From assembly GCA_026418415.1 (NCBI GenBank), contig JAOABK010000005.1, positions 1,943 to 65,942 of the forward strand: DNA of 64,000 nucleotides. The letters are read 5' to 3'. A program made the translations under genes and the position numbers. Shown piece by piece: positions 9,567 through 21,564 of the stretch; the stretch's first letter is position 1, and every line of letters starts with the position of its first letter. The DNA comes from Pseudomonadota bacterium (lineage in GTDB: Bacteria; CALINM01). The notes below the pieces were generated by a model, which was given only the letters and a program-made list of their open reading frames with translations, was not told the DNA's origin and did not search any database.

Positions 9567-10151
9567 ATGAATTATCAAATTTTACAAGAGTATCTGAATA
9601 AAAGAGAAAGGCAAACAATTTCTGAAAATGGATATAAGCCTGCATCTATACTAATACCATTAACAGAAAATGGAAGAATTTACATACTTCTTACTAAAAG
9701 AGCGAAACACCTAACAAACCATCCAGGAGAGATCTCATTTCCCGGTGGAAGATTTGATTTATCCGATGAAAACAGACTACAAACTGCTTTAAGAGAAGTA
9801 GAAGAAGAAATTGGTATACCTCGATATGAGGTTAATGTTATTGGAGCTCTTGACGACGCTATAAGTATTACAAATTTCCATATAGTACCATACGTAGGAA
9901 TAATACCCTTTTTTTGCCCTTACCACTATAATAAATCTGAGATCGATGAAATAATTTTAATCCCCCTTGCCTTTTTTTTGAATGAACCTAAACATGAGAT
10001 ATATGAAAAGGGAAGTATAAGGAAAGAAAATTTTATATACATTTATGAAGACAAAAAAATATTTGGATTAACAGCATTTTTATTAAAAAGTTTTGTCAAG
10101 ATACTTGAAGAATCAGGATTCCTTAAAATAAATAGCAAGCTTATTTTCTAA
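9567..10151 (+). CDS. Nudix hydrolase, CoA pyrophosphatase (NudL-like)
   Basis: Nudix box GGRFDLSDENRLQTALREVEEEIGI; upstream CoA-pyrophosphatase-type motif LLTKRAKHL..HPGEISFPGG. Confidence 0.75.
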   Translation: MNYQILQEYLNKRERQTISENGYKPASILIPLTENGRIYILLTKRAKHLTNHPGEISFPGGRFDLSDENRLQTALREVEEEIGIPRYEVNVIGALDDAISITNFHIVPYVGIIPFFCPYHYNKSEIDEIILIPLAFFLNEPKHEIYEKGSIRKENFIYIYEDKKIFGLTAFLLKSFVKILEESGFLKINSKLIF

Positions 10152-10553
10152 GTTCTTACTTTCAAAAAACTCTCCTGTTGCAAAAGCAAACAAGTTCTTG
10201 TTATTGTCAAAAATCTCAGCCTTTCCAATCCAAAGAGAAGCTCTAAGCTTTTTTATGACCTCACCTTTTATCATAATTGGATAATTTACTGGAACACTTT
10301 TTTTAAATGTTATAGAAAGCTTTCTTGTGAAGGTAAATAAATTTTTAAAATAAAAGGCATACCAAAGGGCTTCATCTAAAAGTGTTGATATTATTCCACC
10401 ATGTACAATTCCGGGATAACTTTCATATTCGGATGGAATGCTACACTTAATTAGAGAATACTCATCGTGTTTTTCAACAACTAATGAAAGGCCTTTAATA
10501 TTCTTACTACCACAACAAAAGCAGTGGTCTGTGAAAAAATACTTATTGCTCAT
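10113..10553 (-). CDS. PaaI/4HBT hotdog-fold thioesterase
   Basis: GIVHGGIISTLLDEALWYA motif; 146 aa. Confidence 0.7.
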   Translation of the reverse strand: MSNKYFFTDHCFCCGSKNIKGLSLVVEKHDEYSLIKCSIPSEYESYPGIVHGGIISTLLDEALWYAFYFKNLFTFTRKLSITFKKSVPVNYPIMIKGEVIKKLRASLWIGKAEIFDNNKNLFAFATGEFFESKNLENKLAIYFKES

Positions 10554-11196
10554 ATACTACGTAAGAACCCGCAATTTTATCATGCCAACCCTGTTTTTTA
10601 TTGTCCACGCCAATCATAATTGCTAAAGCAAGGTATAATAAAATTCCAGCGTAAGGAATTACACCGGGCAAGAAATACCCCATCAACCATCTTAAAAAAG
10701 CTCTTCCTGTAGAGATATTTTTACCTTCACTATTCACAACTTTTATACCCAATATTTTCATTCCAATCGTCTTTCCCCATTTACTCCAGGATATAATGTA
10801 ATAACCTACACTTACAATTATTATAAAAAGCAAGGTAATTAAGAAAAACGAAATATTAAGCAATACAAAAAAATCCCCCGAATGAAGTCTTTCAATAATT
10901 CTTTCAGGACTGAACCCCTGTCTTAAAAAAATCATTGGAATAGCAAATAGTATTAACAATAAAAGACTGTCTATAATATAGGCTACAAATCTAATCCAAA
11001 ATCCTGCATATCTAAATTTTGCCTGAGATAGGTTTAATTCATCCTCACTTATTGAATTGGTGAAAACAAAATCGCCCGAAGCATAGTCAAAGGTATTCTG
11101 ACATTTTGGACACTTAACCCTAACCCTACTACTGGGGATTAGTTTTTCATCAACGTCTTTTTCAAAATTACAAAAAGGACATCTAATTAATGGCAT
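10543..11196 (-). CDS. RDD-family membrane protein with N-terminal zinc ribbon
   Basis: CPFCNF...CPKCQ zinc ribbon; RDD domain with conserved R..D..D spacing (RFVAYIIDSLL...GMKILGIKVV...GWHDKIAGSYVV); multiple TM helices. Confidence 0.7.
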   Translation of the reverse strand: MPLIRCPFCNFEKDVDEKLIPSSRVRVKCPKCQNTFDYASGDFVFTNSISEDELNLSQAKFRYAGFWIRFVAYIIDSLLLLILFAIPMIFLRQGFSPERIIERLHSGDFFVLLNISFFLITLLFIIIVSVGYYIISWSKWGKTIGMKILGIKVVNSEGKNISTGRAFLRWLMGYFLPGVIPYAGILLYLALAIMIGVDNKKQGWHDKIAGSYVVYEQ

Positions 11197-11258
11197 AATT
11201 TATAATACAATCACTTTCCCATTTATACAATAAAAACTCTTCAATTTATAGAAAAAAT

Positions 11259-11684
11259 ATGATTAAATATTCAAAAAACAACATTAGGGCTTTAACTATG
11301 CATGAGATCAAGGTCAAGGTTTATTATGAAGATACAGATGCGGGTGGAGTAGTTTATTATGGAAACTACTTAAGATATTTAGAAAGAGCACGTACAGAGT
11401 TTCTCGCAGATAAAGGTATAGATGTTGTAAAGTATCACCATTTGGGATATTTTTTTGTTGTTGTTAATGTGGACATTAATTATAAAAAGCCAGCAAAATT
11501 AGGGGATATAATAACAATAACAACCGAAGCCATAGATGTAAAAAATGCTACAATAACCTTCTTAAATAGAATTTTAAAAGATAACATAGTACTTGTGGAA
11601 GCGAAGGTAACAATCGCATGTATGGGATTGGATGGAAAACCAAAAAGGTTCCCTGATGAGGTGAAATTTGCTTTACAATCATAA
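11259..11684 (+). CDS. ybgC: Acyl-CoA thioesterase of the YbgC/FadM 4HBT family. The true start is likely at 11298.
   Basis: VYYEDTDAGGVVYYGNYLRYLERARTEFL hotdog signature. Confidence 0.7.
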   Translation: MIKYSKNNIRALTMHEIKVKVYYEDTDAGGVVYYGNYLRYLERARTEFLADKGIDVVKYHHLGYFFVVVNVDINYKKPAKLGDIITITTEAIDVKNATITFLNRILKDNIVLVEAKVTIACMGLDGKPKRFPDEVKFALQS

Positions 11685-11685
11685 T

Positions 11686-12168
11686 CTATTTAATAAAAAC
11701 CAATTCCCCCTTTTCAGCATTGACAAAAACCTCTGATATAACCGTGCCATCTAAAACAAGAGGAACCTTCCAGTTTTTATCAATTCCTAACCAGGGACTA
11801 CCTACTTTAAGAGCAGGTAAAATCTCTTCTACCCTTTTTAAAGCAAAATCTTCAGAAATTTTGGATTCTGGATAATAGGTTCTATATCCCTTAGGCAGAA
11901 TTTCTCCTGTTTGGGGGTTTAGGCGGATAATTGATATTTTCTTCCCCTTTATTTCTAAAGGCACATCTAATGACTTTATACCGCTTTTACCTTTAGATAG
12001 ATATACGCTTCCAACCGTTAACATGGGAATGTTTTTTCTTACAATTTCTATTGCTTCATCGGAGCTTACTTTAGGAGTAAACACATTGTGATGGGCTTTC
12101 AATTCTTGGGATTGAGAAAATTTGACAAATACAATAAGACAAAAAAAGAAAATAAATATCTTTTTCAC
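11686..12168 (-). CDS. Secreted hypothetical protein (possible PepSY-like fold)
   Basis: N-terminal signal peptide; no strong motif. Confidence 0.45.
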   Translation of the reverse strand: MKKIFIFFFCLIVFVKFSQSQELKAHHNVFTPKVSSDEAIEIVRKNIPMLTVGSVYLSKGKSGIKSLDVPLEIKGKKISIIRLNPQTGEILPKGYRTYYPESKISEDFALKRVEEILPALKVGSPWLGIDKNWKVPLVLDGTVISEVFVNAEKGELVFIK

Positions 12169-12272
12169 AGAATTTTTATACTACAATCTTCATTTGTTAT
12201 CAATTAAAATAATTGACAAAACTTAAAAAATAAGGGAAAATATTAAAAAAAAATAATGCGAGGTTATGCGAT

Positions 12273-12455
12273 ATGAAAGAATGTCCTAATTTAGAAAAAT
12301 GTAAATTTTTACAAAACTTCTCAAATGAGAAATGCGCTGAAGCTCTAATTTTGCTCTATTGCAGAGATGATTTTGAAAAATGTGCAAGATATAAAATTAG
12401 AAGTGAAGGTAAAATGCCACCAGACAATCTCTGGCCAAATGGCGAAATGGTTTAA
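12273..12455 (+). CDS. Small cysteine-rich protein (5 Cys, 60 aa), uncharacterised
   Basis: It has its own sigma70-like promoter, TTGACA-17-GAAAAT, at about 12218-12246, and a GAGG RBS 9 nt upstream of ATG. Cys pattern is C-x5-C-x9-C-x7-C-x6-C. The coding call is tentative. Confidence 0.4.
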   Translation: MKECPNLEKCKFLQNFSNEKCAEALILLYCRDDFEKCARYKIRSEGKMPPDNLWPNGEMV

Positions 12456-13876
12456 TTCACTTTTAATATCTCGATTTTTATTTTGCCGATAAGCATCGCA
12501 ACATCTTCCATATTGTCCTCATCGGTGAGCTTTAAGTGTGTTGCATCGGCAGGAAACTGACCAAATGTAGCATCTACCGGAAAAAAAACGCCATCAATAT
12601 AAACCTCGTTCCATGCATGATAGAGAAACCCTTTATTTTCCCTTGAATATGCGATTCCCCCTACGATTCTTGTAGGAATTCCAATACTTCTTAAAAGGGC
12701 AGTTGTAAGCATGGCATGAGCTTCACATTCTCCTTCTTTTGTTATAAGGACTTCAAGAGCACTTGACCTGTCACGTAACCTTTTCTTAATATTCTTGTTA
12801 ACCCATGTAACTATAGCCTTTGCTTTTTCACTATTATCTTTAATCCCCCTTGTAATATCTTCCGCAAGATCTTTAATCTTCTTATTGTTTTTTTGAATTT
12901 TTGGTGTTTCTCTAAGATATTTTTCTATATTTATATCTTCTTTAAGGATTTTTTCTGACCCTTTAGTTGTCAATGATATTAAATGAATGCCGTCCTTGAT
13001 TTCTACTTTTTGGTAGGAACTTTCAGGTATTTTAAAATTACCAGCGCCCTTTAAAGCTAACTTTAACTCCTTGACCTCACCTATTATTGGCTTATCAACA
13101 GGTACCAAGCTATAAGAAAATAAATCATACAGAGATAATTCTCCATCAAATTTAATAGCCTCTTCCTTAGAAAGTTTTTTCATTGTAAATCCATGAATGG
13201 ATTCTTCCTTAAAAATATCACCGTTTTCAAGGATTTCTGATTCTATCTCTATATTTCCCAATCTTTGCTTTAGTGGATAAACCTTTTTTCCTTCTATAAA
13301 TTTAGGTGTACCTATCTCCATTATGATGTCTTCTTTTTTCTGCAAAGCTTCTACAAAAACCTTGTATTCCTTCTTTTTGCCTTCCTTTATTCCATCTTGC
13401 CATAACAAGAAGCCAGCAGAAGCAAGAGGCATATAATAGTCCTCAATTTCTAAAGTCTGAACACTACCCCCAGTTTCTATTCTTAGCACTATTTGCTTCC
13501 CCTGAAGACTTCCAATAATCCTTAAATCTGAATCACCAATTTGTTGTCTGTAATTAAAATATAAAGTCTTTTTTGACTCTCCATCTATAATAATCTCTTC
13601 ATTTAATATCGTATTAACTACATCATTCTCCAATTTCAATCTGATTAAGGCATTTCCATATAAATAAAATATTTTTTTGTTTTCAAGAAGTGCTTCATAG
13701 GCACTTCCATGAAAGTATCCAATCTTTTTATCTTGAAAAAACAATCCTAAATACTCGTTTTTAAGTTCATTAACGATTTTTATTGATGGTTTCTCAAAGG
13801 TATACCCTTTTTCACCACTACATGCTAATAAGAGAAAAAAGAAGAATAAAAAAAAGCGTTTAAAATTTCCAATCAT
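12452..13876 (-). CDS. Transglutaminase-like (Cys-His-Asp) domain lipoprotein
   Basis: Lipobox LLLACSG; C-terminal GECEAHAMLTTALLRSIGIPTRIV...YHAWNEVYIDGVFFPVDAT transglutaminase core. Confidence 0.75.
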   Translation of the reverse strand: MIGNFKRFFLFFFFLLLACSGEKGYTFEKPSIKIVNELKNEYLGLFFQDKKIGYFHGSAYEALLENKKIFYLYGNALIRLKLENDVVNTILNEEIIIDGESKKTLYFNYRQQIGDSDLRIIGSLQGKQIVLRIETGGSVQTLEIEDYYMPLASAGFLLWQDGIKEGKKKEYKVFVEALQKKEDIIMEIGTPKFIEGKKVYPLKQRLGNIEIESEILENGDIFKEESIHGFTMKKLSKEEAIKFDGELSLYDLFSYSLVPVDKPIIGEVKELKLALKGAGNFKIPESSYQKVEIKDGIHLISLTTKGSEKILKEDINIEKYLRETPKIQKNNKKIKDLAEDITRGIKDNSEKAKAIVTWVNKNIKKRLRDRSSALEVLITKEGECEAHAMLTTALLRSIGIPTRIVGGIAYSRENKGFLYHAWNEVYIDGVFFPVDATFGQFPADATHLKLTDEDNMEDVAMLIGKIKIEILKVN

Positions 13877-14343
13877 GGTCTTTCTATAGATAGTATTTCA
13901 AATTCCTTTACACCAATTGGAACTTGAACCTTAACGACATCCCCCTCTCTTTTACCAATCAAGGCTTTACCTATGGGAGAGGTATATGATATTTTGCCAA
14001 TATTAACGTCTGCTTCATCCTCTGATACTATCTGATATGTGAATTCTTCATCTGTATTTAAGTCAAGTATTGTGACCTTTAACCCAAAGGCTACCTTATC
14101 TGTTGGTAACTTGGAAGGGTCAACAATAACTGCTCTGCTTAATTTCCCCTCTAACTCCCTAATTTTTGCTTCTATCATGCCCTGTCTTTCTTTTGCAGCA
14201 TCGTATTCTGCGTTTTCGGAAAGATCTCCATGAGCCCTTGCTTCAGCAATGTCTTTAACTACTTTAGGTCTTTCTACCTTTTTTAAATGCTCTAATTCTC
14301 TTTGTAATCTTTCATAGCATTCCTTTGTCATTGGATAGTTCAT
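13873..14343 (-). CDS. greA: Transcription elongation factor GreA
   Basis: 156 aa; HGDLSENAEYDAAKERQ coiled-coil tip and C-terminal FKBP-like domain. Confidence 0.9.
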   Translation of the reverse strand: MNYPMTKECYERLQRELEHLKKVERPKVVKDIAEARAHGDLSENAEYDAAKERQGMIEAKIRELEGKLSRAVIVDPSKLPTDKVAFGLKVTILDLNTDEEFTYQIVSEDEADVNIGKISYTSPIGKALIGKREGDVVKVQVPIGVKEFEILSIERP

Positions 14344-14345
14344 TG

Positions 14346-17300
14346 TTATACCCCCTTTCCAGACCGATAGTATTCTTTTATTGACATAACCTTTTTATAG
14401 CCCTTTAAAAGTTCTGGTATAGCAAAACATCCAGCCTTTGCAGCTGAAATTGTTGTAAAATAAGGTACCCCCATCTCTAAGGCAGTCCTTCTAATTAAAT
14501 AGGAATCTTCTAACTCTTTCACCCCAAAAGTTGTATTTATAATTAAATCTATCTCTCCATTTTTTATCATATCAACAATGTTTGGTCTTCCTTCAATAAC
14601 TTTTAAAACAGGTTCATTTTCAATTCCTCTATCTTTTAGATACAGAGAAGTTCCTTTTGTACACACAATCTTAAATCCATACTCTTTTAAAAGCTTTGCT
14701 ATCTCAACTACGTTCTTTTTATCATCATCCTTCACACTTATAAAAACAGTTCCTTTAAGGGGAATACTATTGCCCGCAGCAATCTGAGACTTTGCAAAGG
14801 CAAGATATGGATTATCTGCTATTCCCATAACTTCACCAGTTGACTTCATCTCTGGTCCTAAAACTGTATCTACACCCCTAAACTTAATAAAGGGAAACAC
14901 CGCTTCTTTCGCAGAATAATAATGGGGTACTATCTCTTTAGTAAATCCTAATTCTTTTAAAGTCCTTCCTACCATGCACTTAGCAGCTAATTTTGCAAGA
15001 GGCACTCCAATTGCTTTGCTTACAAAAGGGATAGTACGAGATGCCCTTGGATTCACCTCTAAAATATAGATTTCTTTATCTTTTATTGCAAATTGAATAT
15101 TCATAAGTCCAATTACATTTAGCTCTTTTGCTAAAAGTTTAGCTTGCCTCATAATCTCGTCAATTAAGTCATTTGATAGAGAAAATGGCGGAATCAAACA
15201 AGCACTGTCACCAGAATGAACACCCGCCTCTTCAATGTGCTCCATTATACCACCAATTACACAATCTCTCCCATCGCTTATTGCATCTACATCTACTTCA
15301 ATAGCATCCTTTAAAAATTTATCTATTAAAACTGGATGTTCTGAAGAAGCTCTTACCGCTTCATTCATATATCTCTTAAGACTCTTTCTATCATAAACAA
15401 TTTCCATTGCTCTTCCACCTAAAACATAGGAAGGTCTAACCATAACTGGATACCCAATTCTTTCGGCTACCACTATTGCTTCTTCTTCAGATCGAGCAAT
15501 TCCACTTTCTGCCTGTTTCAAGCCTAATTTAAGCAGTATTTCTCTGAAACGCTCTCTGTCTTCAGCTTTATCTATACTATCAGAGCTTGTTCCTAAAATT
15601 TTAACACCCGCTTTTTCAAGAGGTACTGCTAATTTGAGTGGTGTCTGGCCACCAAATTGAACAACTATTCCAATAGGTTTTTCTCTTTCAATAATTGTTA
15701 AAACATCTTCGTAAGTCAAGGGTTCAAAATAAAGCCTATCGGCGGTATCATAATCAGTACTTACTGTTTCTGGATTACAGTTAATCATGATAGTTTCATA
15801 ACCTTCCTCTTTCAGCGCAAAAACTGCGTGAACACAGCAATAATCAAACTCAATTCCTTGACCAATTCTATTGGGACCACCACCTAAAATTATCACCTTT
15901 TTCTTATCTGTTGGGTGTGCTTCTTCTTCCTCTTCGTAAGTTGAATAAAGATAAGGGGTTTTTGCTCTGAACTCTGCAGCGCAGGTATCAACCATTTTAT
16001 AGACTGGCCATATTTTTCTCTTTTTTCTTAACTCTCTAATCTTAATTTCATCGACTCCAAAAATCTTAGCAAGCCTTCTATCAGAAAAACCCATTTTCTT
16101 TGCTTCGGCAAGAGTCTCATTTGAAAGGCTTTCAATATTAAAATCCCTATCCTCTGTAAGCTTTAAAAGTCCCTCTTCAAAGTCAATAATTTCCTTTATA
16201 TTTTTCAAAAACCATCTATCAATTTTTGTATGCTCATAAACCTCTTCTATATCCATCCCATATCTAAAAGCTTCTCCAACATACCATAATCTCTCTGCAT
16301 CGGGATTTCTTAATTTATCAATAATTATCTTTTTCTTCTCCTTTGTGTCTAAATTTCCAGTAATTTTAATATCAAATCCATAACTATCTATTTCAAGTGA
16401 TCTTATTGCTTTTTGTAAAGCTTCCTTAAAAGTTCTTCCAATAGCCATGACTTCACCGACAGATTTCATCTGGGTTCCAAGCCTTGCATCAGCCTTTGGA
16501 AACTTTTCAAAAGCAAATCTCGGAATCTTAACTACTACATAATCAAGAGCTGGCTCAAAAGATGCTGGGGTCTCACCAGTGATATCGTTTTTAATTTCAT
16601 CAAGTGTATATCCAATAGCAAGCTTTGCTGCAATCTTTGCAATTGGATAGCCAGTTGCTTTGGAAGCAAGGGCGGAACTTCTTGAAACACGGGGATTCAT
16701 CTCTATTACAACCATCTCACCATTTTCTGGATTTATCGCAAATTGTATATTCGAACCACCTGTATCTACTCCAATTTCCCTTATTATTTTAATCGCCGCA
16801 TCCCTCATTATTTGATATTCTTTATCGGTTAGAGTTTGAGCAGGTGCAACTGTAATACTATCCCCAGTATGAATACCCATTGGGTCTAAATTTTCAATTG
16901 AACAAATAATTACAACATTGTCCATCCTATCCCTCATAACCTCTAACTCAAACTCTTTCCATCCAATAACTGATTCTTCTATTAGAACTTGATGAACAGG
17001 ACTTAAATCAAGCCCCCATTTAACCATCCTTTCATATTCTTCCATGTTATAGGCAATACCTCCACCTGTACCTCCCAAAGTAAAAGCAGGACGAATAATA
17101 GCTGGAAATTTAACATGTTTTATTACATCCATAGCCTCATTCATACTTGTTGCAAGCCCACTTTTAGGAACCTTTAAACCAATCTTTTCCATAGATTTCT
17201 TAAATAATTCCCTATCTTCACCTTTTTTTATGGCTTCTATATTTGCACCAATAAGCTTAACACCATATTTATCAAGCACACCTCTTTGATGCAAGAATAG

Positions 17301-17597
17301 TGTTAAATTTAAAGCTGTCTGACCACCTAAAGTTGGCAATAGTGCATCAGGTCTCTCTTTTTTAATAATTTCCTCTAAATACTCTACCGTCAATGGCTCA
17401 ATGTAGGTTACATCAGCAAGTTCTGGATCAGTCATTATTGTTGCAGGATTTGAATTAACAAGAATTACTTTATACCCCTCCTGTTTGAGAGCCTTTACTG
17501 CCTGGGTACCAGAATAATCAAACTCACAAGCCTGTCCTATAACAATTGGTCCAGAACCAATTACAAAAATACTCTTGATGTCTTCTCTTTTGGGCAT
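14346..17597 (-). CDS. carB: Carbamoyl-phosphate synthase large subunit
   Basis: 1083 aa; duplicated ATP-grasp halves; C-terminal MGS-like domain. Confidence 0.95.
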   Translation of the reverse strand: MPKREDIKSIFVIGSGPIVIGQACEFDYSGTQAVKALKQEGYKVILVNSNPATIMTDPELADVTYIEPLTVEYLEEIIKKERPDALLPTLGGQTALNLTLFLHQRGVLDKYGVKLIGANIEAIKKGEDRELFKKSMEKIGLKVPKSGLATSMNEAMDVIKHVKFPAIIRPAFTLGGTGGGIAYNMEEYERMVKWGLDLSPVHQVLIEESVIGWKEFELEVMRDRMDNVVIICSIENLDPMGIHTGDSITVAPAQTLTDKEYQIMRDAAIKIIREIGVDTGGSNIQFAINPENGEMVVIEMNPRVSRSSALASKATGYPIAKIAAKLAIGYTLDEIKNDITGETPASFEPALDYVVVKIPRFAFEKFPKADARLGTQMKSVGEVMAIGRTFKEALQKAIRSLEIDSYGFDIKITGNLDTKEKKKIIIDKLRNPDAERLWYVGEAFRYGMDIEEVYEHTKIDRWFLKNIKEIIDFEEGLLKLTEDRDFNIESLSNETLAEAKKMGFSDRRLAKIFGVDEIKIRELRKKRKIWPVYKMVDTCAAEFRAKTPYLYSTYEEEEEAHPTDKKKVIILGGGPNRIGQGIEFDYCCVHAVFALKEEGYETIMINCNPETVSTDYDTADRLYFEPLTYEDVLTIIEREKPIGIVVQFGGQTPLKLAVPLEKAGVKILGTSSDSIDKAEDRERFREILLKLGLKQAESGIARSEEEAIVVAERIGYPVMVRPSYVLGGRAMEIVYDRKSLKRYMNEAVRASSEHPVLIDKFLKDAIEVDVDAISDGRDCVIGGIMEHIEEAGVHSGDSACLIPPFSLSNDLIDEIMRQAKLLAKELNVIGLMNIQFAIKDKEIYILEVNPRASRTIPFVSKAIGVPLAKLAAKCMVGRTLKELGFTKEIVPHYYSAKEAVFPFIKFRGVDTVLGPEMKSTGEVMGIADNPYLAFAKSQIAAGNSIPLKGTVFISVKDDDKKNVVEIAKLLKEYGFKIVCTKGTSLYLKDRGIENEPVLKVIEGRPNIVDMIKNGEIDLIINTTFGVKELEDSYLIRRTALEMGVPYFTTISAAKAGCFAIPELLKGYKKVMSIKEYYRSGKGV

Positions 17598-17621
17598 CTT
17601 TTCAAACTCCAGTTATAAAAT

Positions 17622-18755
17622 TTACTTAGTACTTTCTATCAAATCATAAAATCTTTTAAATAGGTAAGAAGCATCATGGGGACCTGGAGATGCTTCTGGA
17701 TGATATTGTACTGAAAAAATTGGATATTCTCTATGCCTTAATCCTTCAACAGTATTGTCATTTAAATTAATATGGGTTACTTCTGCTTTGCCTTTGAGTG
17801 AATCTATGTCAACTGCAAATCCATGATTTTGTGATGTAACCTCAACCTTACCAGTTGTTAAATCTTTAACTGGTTGATTACCACCCCTGTGTCCAAATTT
17901 AAGTTTGAAGGTTCTACCACCTAAGGCAAGTCCCAGGATCTGATGTCCTAAACAGATTCCAAACATAGGTTTTTTTGTAATTAGCTTCTTAACATTTTCT
18001 ATAGCATATTTAACTGGTTCTGGATCTCCCGGTCCATTTGAAAGGAATACCCCATCAGGATTTATTTTTAAAACCTCTTCTGCAGGAAAATCTGCGGGGA
18101 CAACAAGAACTCTAAATCCCGCATTAACTAAATTTCTCAAAATGTTGTACTTAATGCCATAATCATAGGCTACTATGAAATACTTACCATCATCTTTCCT
18201 TACATATCCCTTTTCCAATGTCCAGAGTCCTTGATTCCACTGATAGGGCTGGTCAGTTGTTACATATCTAACAAGATCAAGCCCTGCCATTGATGGTACC
18301 TCTTCTAATTTTTCCATCAACTTATTCTTATCAAACTCAATGGTAGATATAATTCCATTCATAGCACCCTTTTCTCTTAAATGGGAAGTTAGCGCTCTTG
18401 TATCAATACCTTCTATACCAACGATATTATATTTTTTGAGAAATTCTTCTAAACTACCTTTGCTTCTATAATTGCTTGGATATTCCTGATACTCTTTCAC
18501 CACAAACCCTGCTACAAATGGTTTTCTTGACTCCATATCCTCTTCGTTGATGCCATAATTACCAATTTGAGTATATGTCATGGTAACTATCTGCTTATCA
18601 TAAGAAGGATCTGTCAATATTTCTTGATAACCACACATAGAAGTGGTAAAAACAACTTCACCTGCGGTTTCTCCTTCAGCTCCAAAGTTGTAGCCAGTAA
18701 ACATTCTACCGTCTTTTAATAATAAAACTGCCTTCTTTTTAGTCTTTAACTTCAA
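17622..18755 (-). CDS. carA: Carbamoyl-phosphate synthase small subunit (glutamine amidotransferase)
   Basis: 377 aa; GATase class I triad region GICLGHQ...HGFAV. Confidence 0.95.
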   Translation of the reverse strand: MKLKTKKKAVLLLKDGRMFTGYNFGAEGETAGEVVFTTSMCGYQEILTDPSYDKQIVTMTYTQIGNYGINEEDMESRKPFVAGFVVKEYQEYPSNYRSKGSLEEFLKKYNIVGIEGIDTRALTSHLREKGAMNGIISTIEFDKNKLMEKLEEVPSMAGLDLVRYVTTDQPYQWNQGLWTLEKGYVRKDDGKYFIVAYDYGIKYNILRNLVNAGFRVLVVPADFPAEEVLKINPDGVFLSNGPGDPEPVKYAIENVKKLITKKPMFGICLGHQILGLALGGRTFKLKFGHRGGNQPVKDLTTGKVEVTSQNHGFAVDIDSLKGKAEVTHINLNDNTVEGLRHREYPIFSVQYHPEASPGPHDASYLFKRFYDLIESTK

Positions 18756-20016
18756 AAACCTGACCTCCTTTTATAGTATAAACAGCTCTGCCTTTCATTT
18801 TTTTACCAAGAAAGGGAGTGTTATAGCTTTTAGATGCTATATTACTTTTTTCTAAAATCCATTCGCAATGGGGATCTATAATTGTTAAGTTTGCTTCTTC
18901 GCCTTCTTTTATTACTGGTGGTCTTAATCTTAAAATTTGATGAGGTTTTCTCGATAATTTTTCTGCCAGGGTCTGAAAATCAATTACACCAAGCCTTACA
19001 AGCTCTAAAGATAATGGAACCATCGTTTCTAATCCAATCATTCCAAAAGATGCAGATTCAAACTCTCTTTCTTTCTCATCAATATGATGGGGAGCATGGT
19101 CTGAGGCAATTACATCTATAGTACCATCCTTAAGCCCCTCTCTTATTGCTAATATATCATCTTTATTTCTTAACGGTGGATTGACCTTAGCAAAGGTATT
19201 ATATCCAAGCACCTCTTCTTCGGTAAGTAAAAAATAATGTGGACACGTTTCACAGGTAACATTAATACCAGCTTTCTTTGCCCATCTAATTATATTTACA
19301 GATTCTTTTGTACTAACATGGGCAATATGGATCCTTGCATTTGTAAGTTTTGCCAGCATTAAATCTCTAAAAATTCCAATGATTTCAGACTCCCTCGGGA
19401 TACCTTTTAAACCCAATTTTAAAGATATTTCACCTTCATTTATCTGTCCATCTTTGCTCAATTTCTTCTCTTCAGAATGACAAATTATAGGCATATCGAA
19501 GCATTTCGAATATTCCATTGCCTTTCTTAAAATTTCGGCATTTTCTACTGGATTACCATCGTCTGAAAAGGCAACTGCACCAGCATCTTTCAGGTCTCCC
19601 ATCTCAACTATTTGCTCACCTTTAAGGCCTATAGTAATTGCAGATATTGGGTAAACATCTACAGGTAAATCAGTTTCTTTTGACCTACACTTTATGTAAT
19701 GTGTCACAGTAGCATTGTCATTAACTGGATTTGTATTAGCCATACATGCAACAGCAGTAAAACCACCCTTCAATGCTGATTTTTGTCCTGATTCTATATC
19801 TTCTTTGTACTCAAAACCGGGTTCTCTTAAATGTACATGCATATCTAAAAAACCAGGAAAAACCAATAAATCTTCATTTTCTATTGTAAAATCAACATTC
19901 TTAGCTTGTATCGGTTTTTCAGAAACTCTTTTAATTATGCCCTTTTCTATAAGTAAACTTCTTCTAAATAGCCCTGAAGAAGTAACTATTGTTAAATTAT
20001 CTATTTTAATTTTCAA
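18739..20016 (-). CDS. pyrC: Dihydroorotase
   Basis: [14 protein letters not shown] metal-binding motif; amidohydrolase fold; 425 aa. Confidence 0.9.
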   Translation of the reverse strand: MKIKIDNLTIVTSSGLFRRSLLIEKGIIKRVSEKPIQAKNVDFTIENEDLLVFPGFLDMHVHLREPGFEYKEDIESGQKSALKGGFTAVACMANTNPVNDNATVTHYIKCRSKETDLPVDVYPISAITIGLKGEQIVEMGDLKDAGAVAFSDDGNPVENAEILRKAMEYSKCFDMPIICHSEEKKLSKDGQINEGEISLKLGLKGIPRESEIIGIFRDLMLAKLTNARIHIAHVSTKESVNIIRWAKKAGINVTCETCPHYFLLTEEEVLGYNTFAKVNPPLRNKDDILAIREGLKDGTIDVIASDHAPHHIDEKEREFESASFGMIGLETMVPLSLELVRLGVIDFQTLAEKLSRKPHQILRLRPPVIKEGEEANLTIIDPHCEWILEKSNIASKSYNTPFLGKKMKGRAVYTIKGGQVFEVKD

Positions 20017-20950
20017 CTTTACCTCCGGTTAATAAAAGGTATAAAACCGCCATTCTTACCGCTACACCTTTTGTAACCTGATCAAGAACAACACACCTTT
20101 TATCATCAAGCACATCTGATGTTATCTCAAGCCCTCTATTAACTGGTCCTGGATGCATTATTATTGCATCTTTTTTTGCAAAGTTTATTGAGTTTTTATT
20201 TATTGAAAAACATCTTGCGTATTCTCTTTCTGTTGGATAAAATCCACTTCCCATTCTTTCTTTCTGAATTCGCAATGCCATCACTACATCAGCATCATAA
20301 AGCCCTTCTTCAAGATTATAATATATTTCGGCACCAAGTTCCCTGAATGTTTCGGGTATAAAAGTTGCTGGCCCAACAAACCTAACTTCATTACCCAACT
20401 TCTTGAGGGCAATTAAATTAGACCGTGCTACTCTACTATGTAGAATATCCCCAACAATTGCTATTTTTAGACCACTAAGGATATTTTTATATTCCCATAT
20501 CGTCAATATGTCAAGCAATGCCTGAGTTGGATGTTCATGTCTACCATCACCACCATTTATGACAGAAGCTTTAACTCTCTTTGACAAAAATTCAGCCGCT
20601 CCTGAGAAACTATGCCTTATTATTATTGCATCAATACTCATTGCCTCTAAATTTTTTACTGTATCAAGGAGTGTTTCACCTTTGCTTACACTGCTTGCGG
20701 AAGTAGATATGTTGATTGTGTCTGCAGAAAGGATTTTAGCAGCCATTTCAAAAGAAGTACGAGTTCTTGTGGAAGGCTCATAAAAAAGGGTCAAAACACT
20801 CTTACCTCTTAGTGTTGGCACCTTCTTTACATCCCTTTTTAGAACCTCTTCAAAGGATTTTGCTGTTTCAAGGATATATATCAGCTCTTCCTTACTAAGG
20901 GGCTCGAGCGAAACGAGATCTTTATGATTCCACTTTATTTTTTCTGTCAT
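20006..20950 (-). CDS. pyrB: Aspartate carbamoyltransferase catalytic subunit
   Basis: STRTR carbamoyl-phosphate motif; HPTQ; 314 aa. Confidence 0.95.
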   Translation of the reverse strand: MTEKIKWNHKDLVSLEPLSKEELIYILETAKSFEEVLKRDVKKVPTLRGKSVLTLFYEPSTRTRTSFEMAAKILSADTINISTSASSVSKGETLLDTVKNLEAMSIDAIIIRHSFSGAAEFLSKRVKASVINGGDGRHEHPTQALLDILTIWEYKNILSGLKIAIVGDILHSRVARSNLIALKKLGNEVRFVGPATFIPETFRELGAEIYYNLEEGLYDADVVMALRIQKERMGSGFYPTEREYARCFSINKNSINFAKKDAIIMHPGPVNRGLEITSDVLDDKRCVVLDQVTKGVAVRMAVLYLLLTGGKVEN

Positions 20951-21494
20951 TTTTTTCCCTCAAAACAACACCATCTTTTCCATCAACTTCTTTAAACATA
21001 ACTTCTACAATTTCTTTTCTTGATGTTGGAACTACTTTACCAACAAAATCAGCCTGAATCGGTAATTCCCTATGTCCCCTATCAATCAGAACTGCAAGTT
21101 GTATTCTCTTTGGTCTTCCAAAATCAAAAATGGCATCTATTCCCGCTCGAACCGTTCTGCCAGTAAATAACACATCATCAATTAAAACAACATTTTTATC
21201 GTCTATACTAAAAAGCAGTTCCGTGGTTTCTATTTTATGTTTAGGGCTTATTTTAAAGATATCATCTCTATACATTGTTATGTCAATATCTCCTGAAAGC
21301 ACTTCTATGCCTTCCATCTTCTTAATTGCATTTTTAATTCTTTCTTTCAGCAGACTTCCCCCTTTTTTAATTCCTATGAGAACTAAATCAGACAAATCTG
21401 GATTTTTTTCCATTATTTCATGGGCAATACGATTAATAACCCGAGGAAAGGTTTTCTCATCAATAATAATGATCTCTTTCTTAGACTTACTCAT
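20922..21494 (-). CDS. pyrR: Bifunctional pyrimidine operon regulator / uracil phosphoribosyltransferase PyrR
   Basis: 190 aa; PRTase motif VVLIDDVLFTGRTVRAGIDAI; first gene of the pyr operon. Confidence 0.9.
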   Translation of the reverse strand: MSKSKKEIIIIDEKTFPRVINRIAHEIMEKNPDLSDLVLIGIKKGGSLLKERIKNAIKKMEGIEVLSGDIDITMYRDDIFKISPKHKIETTELLFSIDDKNVVLIDDVLFTGRTVRAGIDAIFDFGRPKRIQLAVLIDRGHRELPIQADFVGKVVPTSRKEIVEVMFKEVDGKDGVVLREKNDRKNKVES

Positions 21495-21499
21495 AAAAA

Positions 21500-21519
21500 A
21501 ACCTCCCTGCAGGGAGGTT
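21500..21519 (-). promoter_or_regulatory. GC hairpin that sequesters the GGAGG Shine-Dalgarno of pyrR, followed by U7 and the ATG. It is a candidate PyrR-responsive attenuator or translational operator.
   Basis: Minus-strand RNA AACCUCCCUGCAGGGAGGUUUUUUUAUG. CCUCCC/GGGAGG is a perfect stem. The loop-3' arm CAGGGAGGUU resembles the PyrR box CAGAGAGGCU. Confidence 0.55.
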
Positions 21520-21564
21520 TTCTATATTGCTATACTTTAACGCAACAATATTCATCAAAGCTAA

